Source: Candidatus Latescibacterota bacterium
Lineage (GTDB): Bacteria > Latescibacterota > UBA2968 > UBA8231
Reading direction: 5' to 3'
Length of the DNA stretch: 64,000 nt
Assembly: GCA_965215195.1 (NCBI GenBank)
Contig: CBDCDC010000002.1
Span: 3,872,001 to 3,936,000 of the forward strand
Part shown: positions 49,755 through 59,703 of the stretch, in pieces
Position numbering within the stretch: the first letter of the stretch is position 1
How the letters are laid out: the number at the start of each line of letters is the position of its first letter
Position numbers and translations under genes: made by a program
Notes under the pieces: generated by a model
The model's input: only the letters and a program-made list of their open reading frames with translations
Databases searched by the model: none
Told to the model about the DNA's origin: nothing

Positions 49755-50759
49755 ATGCCTGCTGCTTCGCCCGCCGAACTCGTCGATGCTGTTCTTCGCG
49801 CCATACAGAAATCCGGTGGCACCGGTTTCTACGTGTCTGAAAGTCCGGCTACTCATCCCAGAAAATTCTTGGTTCAGTACCTCGAAGATACCATTTCACT
49901 TTGGGTTTATATATGGACGCTCACTCATGGCGGCCGGCCATCGTTACCGGACGAGTACAGAATTCAGATGACCTCGATTACCTCTCCATTGCCGATCAAT
50001 ACAAGCGGCCATACTGTTTTACTGGGTTATCACGCTGAGACCGATGTGTTTGCGGGCTTTGATATAGATAAACATCGCACATTTACAGCAGGTTCGCCCT
50101 CCGTTCAGATCGATATAGAGGCTATTTGTACGGCTGTTGGAGACGGCCTAGCCTTTTCCCGTAAAGATAACGAAGAAGTAGCTGTTGGAATTCGTCCCGA
50201 TCAATTTTTGAATTACGTGTTCAACGCAGCCCCTCTGCATCAGCACGGAGGAGATATTTCGACATATACTCTCTTGCTAAAGGCCGCTCAGTTGGAGGAA
50301 ATAAGGCAGCAAGAGATGGAGTTTCTGACGCAAGAGCGGCAAAGAATAGTCGAATCGGTAAGCCGCTATGTGCGCGAGTCGAGTTTTCGTCGGCAAGTTA
50401 TGGATGCTTATGGGAACTGCTGTGCGGTGACCAAAACACAACTCAACCTCGTCGATGCCGCCCACATTGTGCCGGTAAAGGCCCAAGGGACAGATGATGT
50501 TTCTAATGGCATAGCACTGTCGCCAACCATACATCGCGCTTACGACAACAGCTTGATTTACCTCGACAAGAAATACTATATGCGGCTCAACAAACAGAAA
50601 GCGGATGAATTAAAAATCCAGCGGCTCGACGACGGCCTTGACGAGCTGCGTAGTTACTTGGATTCTCAGATACACTTGCCGGCCAATAGAGCGCAGTGGC
50701 CCGACCCCGAACTCATTGGGATGGTCAACAAGCTGCGGCGAATACAGGGCTACTATTGA
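49755..50759 (+). CDS. HNH endonuclease, putative cognate restriction enzyme
   Basis: C-terminal FRRQVMDAY..CAVT..VDAAHIVP..NGIALSPTIHRAYD. Starts 6 bp after the methylase. Confidence 0.85.
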   Translation: MPAASPAELVDAVLRAIQKSGGTGFYVSESPATHPRKFLVQYLEDTISLWVYIWTLTHGGRPSLPDEYRIQMTSITSPLPINTSGHTVLLGYHAETDVFAGFDIDKHRTFTAGSPSVQIDIEAICTAVGDGLAFSRKDNEEVAVGIRPDQFLNYVFNAAPLHQHGGDISTYTLLLKAAQLEEIRQQEMEFLTQERQRIVESVSRYVRESSFRRQVMDAYGNCCAVTKTQLNLVDAAHIVPVKAQGTDDVSNGIALSPTIHRAYDNSLIYLDKKYYMRLNKQKADELKIQRLDDGLDELRSYLDSQIHLPANRAQWPDPELIGMVNKLRRIQGYY

Positions 50760-50796
50760 GCTACGCAGTTTTGCTGACAATAAATAGGAGCAAACC

Positions 50797-52077
50797 ATGA
50801 AAAAGTACATATCCGTCTCCCTGCTGCTTTTGGCCGCTTTGTGCGCCGCTGCCGAAGAGTACTGGCCCCAGTGGCGCGGACCCAACCACAACGGCGTCAG
50901 CGAGGCCGTGGACCTGCCGACGACTTGGAGCGCGAATGAGAACGTGGTCTGGAGCAGGAAGCTGCCCTCTTGGAGCGGGAGTACGCCGGTGGTGTGGGGC
51001 GAGCGGCTCTTTTTGACGTCGCCCAATACGGGCGAGGAGATCCAAGGCGGCGAAAAGCTGCTTTTGGGCTGCTTGTCAACGACCGACGGCAATGTGTTGT
51101 GGCAGCGCACCCTCGACGAGGGCAACGCCTATTGGCGCAAGCACAACAACACCTCGCCTTCGCCGGTCACGGATGGCGAGCGCGTACTGGCCGTTGCGGG
51201 CACGGGGATGATCCGGGCCTTTGACATGGATGGCGAAGAGCTGTGGCACTACGACTTGCAGGCCGAGCACGGCTCCTTCGGCCTGATGTGGGGCTACGCT
51301 TCCTCGCCCCTGCTCCACGACGGCAAGCTCTACGTCGAGGTCCTGCACGGGATGAACACGGACGATGCTTCCTACCTGATTGCATTCGACGCGGCTACCG
51401 GCGAGGTCGCGTGGCAGCAGGAGCGGCGGACGGACGCGGTGGGCGAGTCCCCGGATGCCTATACCACGCCCGTGGTGCTCGAACACGATGGCCAGACGCA
51501 AATCGTCATCTCCGGCGGCGACTACCTCACCGGCCACGATCCGGCCACCGGCCAAGAGCTGTGGCGGGCGGGTGGCTTGAATCCGGGCAAGGAGCGGAAT
51601 TACCGGGTGGTCGGGTCGCCGGTGGCAGTTGCCGGGATGGTGTACGCGACCAGTCGCCGCAATCCAGTGCTGGCGTTCCGCGCCGGTGGCACGGGAGATG
51701 TTAGCGCGAGCCACTTGGCTTGGAAGTGGACGGGGGCCGGAGGACCAGACGTGCCTTCGGCCGCCACTGATGGCCGCTATTTCTACATGGTCGATGACCG
51801 CGGGCGGGTCACCTGCCTCGACGCCAAGACGGGCGCGGTGCTGTGGGGGCCGGAGCGCACGGCCCAAGGGTCGGTCAGCGCCTCGCCGGTCTTGGCCGAC
51901 GGCAAGCTCTACGTGGTCAATGAAAACGCAGTGACGACCGTGCTCCAAGCCGGCCCAGAGTACAAGGTGCTGGCCACCAACGAACTCGACGGCGGCTATA
52001 CACTGTCTTCGCTGGCCATTGCCGGGGGGCGGATTTTCCTGCGGACCGAGTCGCACCTGTACTGCATCGGCCAGTAG
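50797..52077 (+). CDS. PQQ-binding-like beta-propeller (BamB-like) secreted protein
   Basis: Signal peptide, WPQWRGPNHNG, repeated SSP/STP..W blades, and ending FLRTESHLYCIG. Confidence 0.9.
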   Translation: MKKYISVSLLLLAALCAAAEEYWPQWRGPNHNGVSEAVDLPTTWSANENVVWSRKLPSWSGSTPVVWGERLFLTSPNTGEEIQGGEKLLLGCLSTTDGNVLWQRTLDEGNAYWRKHNNTSPSPVTDGERVLAVAGTGMIRAFDMDGEELWHYDLQAEHGSFGLMWGYASSPLLHDGKLYVEVLHGMNTDDASYLIAFDAATGEVAWQQERRTDAVGESPDAYTTPVVLEHDGQTQIVISGGDYLTGHDPATGQELWRAGGLNPGKERNYRVVGSPVAVAGMVYATSRRNPVLAFRAGGTGDVSASHLAWKWTGAGGPDVPSAATDGRYFYMVDDRGRVTCLDAKTGAVLWGPERTAQGSVSASPVLADGKLYVVNENAVTTVLQAGPEYKVLATNELDGGYTLSSLAIAGGRIFLRTESHLYCIGQ

Positions 52078-52083
52078 TGCCGG

Positions 52084-55000
52084 TCACTCGGCCTTGAGAA
52101 CCGCCAGCAGGGGGCGGCGCAGGGCCAAGTGCGCGGCAGCAGCACACGCCAGCAGGCCAGCGGCCAAGACCAAGCCGAGCGAGATGCCCAGCGAGGCCCA
52201 AGGCAAGGGTGCGGGGTCGAAGAGGCGGGGTGCCACGGCGATGAGGGCAGCGACGCTGCCGATCCCTTCGCCTGCCAGCAGGAGAAAGCCGTGCTCGTAG
52301 AGCAGCATCGCCCCTAGGCGGGCGCGGCGAAAGCCACAGGCGCTCAAGGCCGCCAGCTCGCCACTGCGCTCGAGGACGTTGCGCAGAATGAGGATTCCCA
52401 AACCCAGAGTACCCAAGAGCAGCCCGAGCAAGCCCAGCGTCTGAAAGGTCGCCAAGTACGTGTTTTCGACGGCGCGGTAGCCTCGGAGGCGCTCGGCACT
52501 CAGAGTGGTGTCAAGCCCGTAGGCCGCTAGCCCCTTTTCGATCGCGGCGGCGACAGCGGCTGGTTGTTCCGTTTCGACTAGGAAGTAGGAATAGCCTTCG
52601 CGCGCGGGAAAGTGCGCGGCGAAGCGATCCTCGGCAATGAGCAACTCGCTCTGGAACAGGCTGCCGTCCAACAGCCCGACCAAGCGCAGGGTCAAGCCCT
52701 CGGCAAGTGGGATGTCGTCGCCCAGACCCTTGTGCAAAATCCACTGCGCCGAATTAAAATCGCCGATGGCTGGGACGACGCCCGGCCCCAAATCGCGCTG
52801 GAGCAACCGCCAAGGATTGGTGCGCTCGTCCGGCGTCAGGGCGAGGGTCTGCCGGAAGGGCAAGCCACCGCGCTGCACGAACTCGGCCGGTGCGCCGAGG
52901 ACGCGCGGGGTTTGGGGCAGGTAGAGGTTGAGGCAGCTCACGTCGTCGCCGGGCAGGACGCGGAAGGGAAAAAAGCGTACGGCAGCCAAGGCTGTTGACA
53001 GCCCCAACTCGAAGCGACCGTCCGCGCTATTGAGGTCTTGGTGCAGGGGGATCGCTGCCTCGGCGATGAGCGCGAAACCGCCCGTGCCCGGATCGTCTAG
53101 CCACTCGACCTGTCGGTGGGCCCCAGCGGCGACGATGACAAAGGTGGCGCAGGCCACGAGGGACGTGCAGAGGGTGCTGCGGCTGGGCTTGCGGGTGCTG
53201 TTGAGCAGCCCCAAGCCGAGGCTGGAGCTGAGGCGTCCCGAGGTCGGAGTGCGCAACCATACCGCGAGCAAAGCCAATAGCGCCAAAAGGGCTGCGGTGC
53301 CGCTACCCAAGAAAAGCGCCGCGGCCGTGGCTGCGTCGGCCATACCGGCGAGGACGCTCAAGGCGAGGGCGAGGGCCAAACCGAGTGCGGCGAGGACGGC
53401 ACTGCGCCGGCGCGGACGACGCGGAGCCGTGTCAAGAGCACCGGCGAGCAGGGCGCGGACGGGCAGCCGGTGGAAGCGCTGCACAGTGCGCCACAGCGCC
53501 AGCGAGACTAGTAGCAAGGTGGATAGATAGCCCACTCCTAAGCTCAACCAGCTAACGTGGAGGTGGAGGAAGGGCGTACCGATAGCCTCCAACCACAGAG
53601 TGTGCAAGCCGACCAGCATCAGGTAGGCGTAGAGCGGGGCACCGGCTAGGCCGAGCAGGGCACCCAACGCGGCCAAGGCCATGCCCTCGCGCAAGAAGCG
53701 TCGGCCTACGGCTGCGAGTGGGTAGCCGGTGGCGAGCAACAGACCTGCTTCGCGTGCGCGTTGTTCGAGGCCGAACTTGCACAGCAGGACCACCAATAGC
53801 GCGGCCGCGGCGATGAGGAAGAGGCTGAAGCCGATAAAGAGGCCGCTGAAATCCGTGGCCCCGGTCGCGGCCCGCAGGGCTTCTTGGCGGACGGGGTGCA
53901 AGGAGAAGCCGGCCGCTGGAGACAGACGCGCTAGCAAGTCTTGACGCAGGCTTTGGTAGCCGGCGGGCGCGGGGGGATAAAAGCGGATGGCGGTCAGGGT
54001 GCCGTGGCGGCTGCCCCAGAGGCGCTGGCCCGTATGGGCCGCGACAAAGGCTTTGGGCGCGGCCCCGTACTGATCCCAGTAGGCTTCGTCCTGCGGGCGG
54101 ATTTGCCCCATGTCGATGGGGAAGGGAGCATCCCAAGCCGCCATATCGCCTTCTTCCTGCAATCCCGGATAGGCGGGCGTCAGAGTGGGATCAATGGCCA
54201 AGCCGCGCATCTGCACAATCCCTTGGAGGCGGAAGTGGGCCTGCTCGGTTCGGAGTTCCTGGCGCGGGCCGACGAGGTAATAGGTCAGGGAGATCGAATC
54301 GCCGGGGGCTGCGGCCAACTCTTGGGCCGTCCAAGCGTCGAGGTAGAGGCCGGCGGCGGAGAGGGGCGGTGCGGGCTGTCCATCGGCGAGGTAGAGGCCG
54401 GTGGGATCGTCGAGCCCGGTGACGGTTGAGTAGGGAACTTGGCGGCCATTGCCCGCAATGGCGTTGGCCAGATAGGTCGAGAAGGTCGCGGTTTTGAGCT
54501 GTTGGGCGGCACCGCTCGCCAAGGCGATGGCGCGGGTCGAATCGTCGAGGACAAAGCGGGTGCTGGTGAGTTCGATGTAGCTGGAGTGCAGGGCGAGGTC
54601 CAGTTTGTGGTCGGCGAGGCTCAGGCGTTGGGCGAGGGCGCGTTGCAGGTCTTGGCTTCGACTGGCAGGTGCGGCCATGAGCAGGGCGTTGACTTGATCC
54701 TGCTGACCGAGGGCGCGCTGGAGGGCTTGGAGGTCGAGGTAGGCGTTGAGCGGCAGATGCTGCTGCGGTCGCAGGCCAAAGCGCCCCGCGCCGCTATCGG
54801 GCAAGACGCCGGTGAGCACCACGCGCAGGGTGGTGACCAGATCGTCGGTAGCGCGGCGGCCAAACAGGGATTCTCGGTAGGTTGGGCTGGGGCGCTCCAG
54901 CGAGAGCAGTACCGCGTCGCCTAGTTCAATATCGAGGGCGCGTTGCAGGGAAGCGCTGACGACGAGCGAGGGAAATGCTTGGCCGGGCCTTGGCTCGAGG

Positions 55001-55353
55001 GCGTCGCGCAAGGTGGAGCCGTCTTGGGGAAAGAGCGCGGCGAAGCGGGCGTCAATGCCTTGGATCTGCACGCCGGAGGCGAGCGCCTGGGTCGCGGCGT
55101 GGCGGGCACTGCCATTGAGGAGGATGGCGGGCGCGGGGGCCCCGGGCAGCGCGGGGGCCAAGTCGCTGCGGAAAAAGTGCGCGGCGAGCAGCGCGTAGTC
55201 GATGCGGCCTAGACGCTCTAAGGCCAAGTCGCGCAGGCTGCCGCGCATGGAGTCGCCGACTAGGAGGGCACCGGTCAGGGCGGTTGTGGCGACAGCGGTC
55301 CCCAGCAGCAGCCCCAAGTGAACCCGCCAGTAGTAGATCAGGCTTCGACGCAC
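52084..55353 (-). CDS. FtsX/MacB-like ABC transporter permease
   Basis: LTGALLVGDSMRGSL, EQRAREAGLL and ERSGELAAL; two TM clusters. Likely GTG start at 55353. Confidence 0.88.
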   Translation of the reverse strand: MRRSLIYYWRVHLGLLLGTAVATTALTGALLVGDSMRGSLRDLALERLGRIDYALLAAHFFRSDLAPALPGAPAPAILLNGSARHAATQALASGVQIQGIDARFAALFPQDGSTLRDALEPRPGQAFPSLVVSASLQRALDIELGDAVLLSLERPSPTYRESLFGRRATDDLVTTLRVVLTGVLPDSGAGRFGLRPQQHLPLNAYLDLQALQRALGQQDQVNALLMAAPASRSQDLQRALAQRLSLADHKLDLALHSSYIELTSTRFVLDDSTRAIALASGAAQQLKTATFSTYLANAIAGNGRQVPYSTVTGLDDPTGLYLADGQPAPPLSAAGLYLDAWTAQELAAAPGDSISLTYYLVGPRQELRTEQAHFRLQGIVQMRGLAIDPTLTPAYPGLQEEGDMAAWDAPFPIDMGQIRPQDEAYWDQYGAAPKAFVAAHTGQRLWGSRHGTLTAIRFYPPAPAGYQSLRQDLLARLSPAAGFSLHPVRQEALRAATGATDFSGLFIGFSLFLIAAAALLVVLLCKFGLEQRAREAGLLLATGYPLAAVGRRFLREGMALAALGALLGLAGAPLYAYLMLVGLHTLWLEAIGTPFLHLHVSWLSLGVGYLSTLLLVSLALWRTVQRFHRLPVRALLAGALDTAPRRPRRRSAVLAALGLALALALSVLAGMADAATAAALFLGSGTAALLALLALLAVWLRTPTSGRLSSSLGLGLLNSTRKPSRSTLCTSLVACATFVIVAAGAHRQVEWLDDPGTGGFALIAEAAIPLHQDLNSADGRFELGLSTALAAVRFFPFRVLPGDDVSCLNLYLPQTPRVLGAPAEFVQRGGLPFRQTLALTPDERTNPWRLLQRDLGPGVVPAIGDFNSAQWILHKGLGDDIPLAEGLTLRLVGLLDGSLFQSELLIAEDRFAAHFPAREGYSYFLVETEQPAAVAAAIEKGLAAYGLDTTLSAERLRGYRAVENTYLATFQTLGLLGLLLGTLGLGILILRNVLERSGELAALSACGFRRARLGAMLLYEHGFLLLAGEGIGSVAALIAVAPRLFDPAPLPWASLGISLGLVLAAGLLACAAAAHLALRRPLLAVLKAE

Positions 55354-56015
55354 GTCCCCTCGCGCAGATGTAGGCGGCGGTCGCAGCGCGCCGCTAGTTC
55401 GAGGTCGTGGGTTGCGATGACGAGGGCGGCTTGTTCGGCGCGGTGCAGCGCGAAGAGCAGGTCGGCGACGGTGGCAGCCGTCTGGCGGTCGAGGCTGCCG
55501 GTAGGCTCGTCGCAGAGCAAGAGACGAGGCTGGTTGATCAAGGCCCGCGCCACGGCCACGCGCTGGCACTCCCCGCCGGAGAGCGCGGCGGGGCGGTGGT
55601 GCAGGCGTTTTTCTAGACCGACGGCGGTCAAGAGGTCGCGGGTGCGCTCGCGCCGGTCGGCCTGGGGAAAGGCGAGGGTGGGGATTAAGGCGTTTTCGAG
55701 GGCCGAGTATTGGGGCAGCAGGTGGTGATTTTGGAACACGAATCCGATGTGCTGGTTGCGGAAGCGGGCGAGTTGAGGTTCGGGGAGGGCTAGTGGGTCT
55801 TGGTCGCTGATGGCGATTTGGCCCGAGGTAGGCGGTTCGAGGGTGCCGAGCAGGTGCAGCAAGGTGCTCTTGCCCGAGCCAGACGGCCCGATAAGTGCTA
55901 GGGACTGGCCCACCTCGGCGCGGAAAGAGACGCCGCGCAGCACTTCGACGGTCTGATCGCCGAGGGCAAAGTGCTTGCAGACGTCGGCGGCGATGAGGGC
56001 CGGGGCTGCGTTCAT
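55338..56015 (-). CDS. ABC transporter ATP-binding protein (LolD-like)
   Basis: GPSGSGKS, LSGGECQR, LCDEPTG and ATHD. Confidence 0.95.
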   Translation of the reverse strand: MNAAPALIAADVCKHFALGDQTVEVLRGVSFRAEVGQSLALIGPSGSGKSTLLHLLGTLEPPTSGQIAISDQDPLALPEPQLARFRNQHIGFVFQNHHLLPQYSALENALIPTLAFPQADRRERTRDLLTAVGLEKRLHHRPAALSGGECQRVAVARALINQPRLLLCDEPTGSLDRQTAATVADLLFALHRAEQAALVIATHDLELAARCDRRLHLREGTCVEA

Positions 56016-56476
56016 GGGACTTGGGCGCACTCAGTTGAGTCGTGCGGCGCCAGTTTGCGGGACTTGGGCGCGCTCAGTTGAGTCGTGATGAAGTTCGGGA
56101 TCGGGATGGCGCGGATGGGCTCGCCCGGGTTGCAGACGCAACAGGCGACCTTGAGCCGCCCTTGGGCTATGTGTTCGCCGGCGCAGTGGAAGTCAAAGCG
56201 CAAGCTGAGGGACTTCTCGCCCTGCTTTTCGAGGTGCATGAGGATGTCGAGGACGTCTTCAAAGGCGACCGGGCGGAAGTACTCGCATTCGGCGACGAGG
56301 CGGGGCCAGCTAATGATGTCGCCGTTGCGTTGGCTGTGGACGCTCAGGCCCAAGCTGCGCCAGAAGGCGTGTTCAGCCGCCTCCATAAAGACGAAGAAGC
56401 GCGCAAAGTGGACGATGCCGGCCTGATCGGTGTCGGCCCACTCGACGCGGCGGCGGGTGTGAAATTCGACGGACAC
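56012..56476 (-). CDS. Acyl-CoA thioesterase (4HBT hotdog fold)
   Basis: RRVEWADTDQAGIVHFARFFVFMEAAEH. GTG start at 56476. Confidence 0.9.
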   Translation of the reverse strand: MSVEFHTRRRVEWADTDQAGIVHFARFFVFMEAAEHAFWRSLGLSVHSQRNGDIISWPRLVAECEYFRPVAFEDVLDILMHLEKQGEKSLSLRFDFHCAGEHIAQGRLKVACCVCNPGEPIRAIPIPNFITTQLSAPKSRKLAPHDSTECAQVP

Positions 56477-56477
56477 G

Positions 56478-56948
56478 TCAGTTTTCTGGGCGGAAGAAGG
56501 TGACCAAGCAGCCGCCCAAAGCGGCCAAGACGATGCCGAGGACAAAGGGCCAGCGCACGGCCGCCCAGCCGCCGGCGGGCGGATGCACGAGCGCGGCGAC
56601 CACCGCGTTGACGATGGGGGCCCCGGCAAAGACGATGGACATGACTACGGCCGGCGTCCCCTTGGCACCAAAGGCGAGCAGGACGCCCAACGCGCCGATG
56701 GCCCCGGCCATGCCGGCCGCGGTGGACCACAAGACGCCCTTGGCCGGGTAGAACCAACTCGCCCCATTGTAGGTTAGGACGATCAGCGAGCCGAAGACAG
56801 CGGTGAGCAGATAGGCCAAGCCGACGAAGAGGAAGGCTTTGTAGCGGCCATTTACCGGGTCGGCCATGGCGATTTGGCCGGTGTGCAGCAGGACTCCGTA
56901 GAGGCCCCAGCTAGAGACAGTGAGGAGGGCGAAGACGAGCCAAGTCAT
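56478..56948 (-). CDS. Small EamA/DMT-like membrane protein
   Basis: About five TM helices, SWGLYG and VMSIVFAGAPIVN. Confidence 0.75.
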   Translation of the reverse strand: MTWLVFALLTVSSWGLYGVLLHTGQIAMADPVNGRYKAFLFVGLAYLLTAVFGSLIVLTYNGASWFYPAKGVLWSTAAGMAGAIGALGVLLAFGAKGTPAVVMSIVFAGAPIVNAVVAALVHPPAGGWAAVRWPFVLGIVLAALGGCLVTFFRPEN

Positions 56949-56962
56949 GGGGATAATCCTTT

Positions 56963-58246
56963 CTATAGATACTGCTCGTACACGGCGAGCGTCCCCGCGG
57001 CCATGGCGTCGGCGTGGAAGCGGCTGTGGACCGCCTCTTGGCCGGTTTGTCCGAGCTGGCGTCGCCGCTTTTTGTCGCGCAGCAAAGCGGCAAGCTCGTT
57101 GGCTAGGGCCTCTGGGGAATGGGGCTTGACGAGGAGACCGCCGCCGGTGGCCGCGATCAGCTCGGGGAACGCGCCGTGGTCGGGCTGGATGACCGGGATG
57201 CCGTTGGCTAAGGCTTCGAGGATCGACAGGCCCTTGGGGTCGGCGTAAACCGAAGGTACGGAAAAGACGTGGAGCGAGCAGAGGAAGCGAATTTTTTCGC
57301 GGCGATCGACTGCGCCGTGGTAGGCAAACGAGTCGGCTAGCCCCCAGCGGCGGATTTTTTGCACCTGCTCGGCAAAGTAGGGCTTGTCATAAGCACTGAG
57401 ATAGCCGGCGGCTTCGAGGCGCAGGGCGGCAAACTCGGGCTGCTCTTTTAAGTGCCGGAAGGCCTCGACGAGCAGGTGAAAGCCCTTTTCCGGGCAGATG
57501 CGGGCGAGGTAGCCGATTTTGTCGGGGCTGTCGGTGGGGGGTGGCTCTTGCCCGTGTCCGGTCAGGTTGAGGCCGAGCGGCACCACGTGGATTTTGGTGC
57601 GCGGCACCTGCAGGTATTCGGCCATGTACTCTTGGTAATATGTACACGGGGCGATGAAGGCGTCGATGTCTTGGGCGCGGTGGCGCAGGATGTTCAGGGC
57701 TTGGGTCTTATAGGGTTCGGGCAGGCCGTCCAAGAACAGGTCCTCGCCTTGGAGGGCGCAGAGGACGGGGACGCCTAGTTGCGCTTTCAATTGCCGGGCC
57801 ATGCCGACGAACATGGCGTTGGTCAGCTCGACGAGATCGGGTTGGAAGTCGCGCTGGAGATAGGCGACGAGACGGGTGAGTTCCTTTTGTTGGTTCCCCT
57901 CCTCGCCGGCGAGAATCGAGACGGTGAGCGGCCCTAAATCGCGGGCATTGGTAGAGGAGCCAAAGCGCGCGAGGGTGCGGATCAGGAGCGGGGAGTCGAG
58001 GACGCGGTCGAAGAAGCGGTGCGTACGGCGAAAAAACGACCATTGCTGTTGCAGGAAGATGTTGACGCCGCCGTAGAAGACCCGGTCCAGCGAGACGTTT
58101 TCCTCGTCCGTGCGCAGCGGCGTATAGGTTGGAATGAGGACGACATCGGCGGCGCGGCGCACCAAGGCGGCCGCGAGCGCGTTGTCGTGGATGCAGCTAC
58201 CGCAGTACATGCCGGCCGCACCGGCCGTGATGTAGGCGAGGCGCAT
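56963..58246 (-). CDS. Glycosyltransferase family 4
   Basis: Starts MRLAYITAGAAGMYCGSCIHDN. Contains YLARICPEKG and DPKGLSILEALANGIPV. Confidence 0.9.
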   Translation of the reverse strand: MRLAYITAGAAGMYCGSCIHDNALAAALVRRAADVVLIPTYTPLRTDEENVSLDRVFYGGVNIFLQQQWSFFRRTHRFFDRVLDSPLLIRTLARFGSSTNARDLGPLTVSILAGEEGNQQKELTRLVAYLQRDFQPDLVELTNAMFVGMARQLKAQLGVPVLCALQGEDLFLDGLPEPYKTQALNILRHRAQDIDAFIAPCTYYQEYMAEYLQVPRTKIHVVPLGLNLTGHGQEPPPTDSPDKIGYLARICPEKGFHLLVEAFRHLKEQPEFAALRLEAAGYLSAYDKPYFAEQVQKIRRWGLADSFAYHGAVDRREKIRFLCSLHVFSVPSVYADPKGLSILEALANGIPVIQPDHGAFPELIAATGGGLLVKPHSPEALANELAALLRDKKRRRQLGQTGQEAVHSRFHADAMAAGTLAVYEQYL

Positions 58247-58248
58247 CG

Positions 58249-59703
58249 CTAGAAGAATTTGTCGATGGTGGTTTTGGCCGGTGGCTTGGTCAGCAGCGAT
58301 CCGACGACCATCGCTGCGGCCGAAGCGGCTAGAATCACGGCCACGGGCATTACTCCGGTCATGCCGACCGTATAGCCGGGGACTTTCCACCCCTGAAAGA
58401 AGAAATAGCACCACAGCGCGGCTACGGTGAGCACCGAGGCAAAGGCGCCGTACTGGGTGCTGCGCTTCCAGAACAGGGCGGCCACGACCACCGGAAAGAG
58501 TGCCGCAAAGCCGGTGAAGGACCAGACCGCGAGGGAGAAGATGCTGCGGGCCGAGACCAGCGAGAGCACGTAGGCAACAGCTAAGATGGCGATCACGAAG
58601 AGGCGGCCCCACAGGACTTGGGCCTTTTCGCTCAGTTCGTCGCCCTTGCGGTAGTGGCGGACGATGTCTTGGGTGAACATGTTGCTGATGGAGAGCACCT
58701 GCGAGTCGAGCGACGACATAATGGCGGCAAAGACCCCGGCCGCGAGCAGGCCGGCCAGCGCGCCGGGAGCGTGTAGGTCAATCATCTGGACCAGCACCGA
58801 GTTGGCGGCCGCGCCCTTGAGGCCGGGGAAGTCAATGCTGCCGAAAATCCCCAAGAGCACGCTGGGGATCCAGACGATGGCAATGCACAGAGGATACAGC
58901 ATCAGGGGGTAGCGGAAGGTGCGGGCGCTTTGGGCGGTGAGCCAGTGGGTGAAAAGGTGGGGGAACATGCCCACCGACAGCGGGATGCAGGTGTAGGTTA
59001 AGAGTTTGATTGGGCTGATGAGGTCGCCTTTGATCAGCAGCTCGGGGTGCGCGGCCGCGACTTGCGCTAGTGCGCGGTCTAGCCCGCCCAGCTTATCGAC
59101 GATGACGAAGAAGGTCGCGCCACCCAAGATCATAAAGACCAGCGTTTGGAAGGCGTTGGCCCAGGCCGTGCTCCGCATGCCGCCGAAACTGACGTAGGTC
59201 AGGACCACCAAGCAGATCAGCAGGCCGCCGGCCCACTGGGGGATCTGGCCCTTGGTGATTTGGGCGAGGGTGATGCCGCCGCCCATGACGCCGATGAGCA
59301 GGTAGGGGATCAGCAGCGCGATCATGACCGCGAAGAGCAGGAGTCCCAAGCCATCGGAGTCCCAGCGGCGGCGGAAGTACTGGACCTGCGTGAGGAGGTT
59401 GTGGCGCTTGCCGAGTGCCCAGACGCGGGTGCCGATAAAGAAGAAGACAGCGGGAATAATCAGGGCCGCGCCCGAAGGCATCAGGGCAAAGACGCCGATG
59501 CCGGTGTGGTAGGCTTCGCCAGAGGCTCCCAAAATGGCGAACGCGGTCATGTTGGTGCCAAACAGCGACATCAGCAGCAGGAAGGGGCCGATGGAGCGGC
59601 TGGCAACGAAGTAGTCCTCGCCGGTGCCGCGGAAGAAGCGATTGGAGAGGACGCCGATGCAGAGTACGAGGCCGAGGTAGCAGAAGATGATGATCGTGGT
59701 CAT
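58249..59703 (-). CDS. Sodium:solute symporter family protein
   Basis: EDYFVASRSIG, GGMRSTAW and AAIMSSLDSQ; about 13 TM helices. Confidence 0.93.
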   Translation of the reverse strand: MTTIIIFCYLGLVLCIGVLSNRFFRGTGEDYFVASRSIGPFLLLMSLFGTNMTAFAILGASGEAYHTGIGVFALMPSGAALIIPAVFFFIGTRVWALGKRHNLLTQVQYFRRRWDSDGLGLLLFAVMIALLIPYLLIGVMGGGITLAQITKGQIPQWAGGLLICLVVLTYVSFGGMRSTAWANAFQTLVFMILGGATFFVIVDKLGGLDRALAQVAAAHPELLIKGDLISPIKLLTYTCIPLSVGMFPHLFTHWLTAQSARTFRYPLMLYPLCIAIVWIPSVLLGIFGSIDFPGLKGAAANSVLVQMIDLHAPGALAGLLAAGVFAAIMSSLDSQVLSISNMFTQDIVRHYRKGDELSEKAQVLWGRLFVIAILAVAYVLSLVSARSIFSLAVWSFTGFAALFPVVVAALFWKRSTQYGAFASVLTVAALWCYFFFQGWKVPGYTVGMTGVMPVAVILAASAAAMVVGSLLTKPPAKTTIDKFF

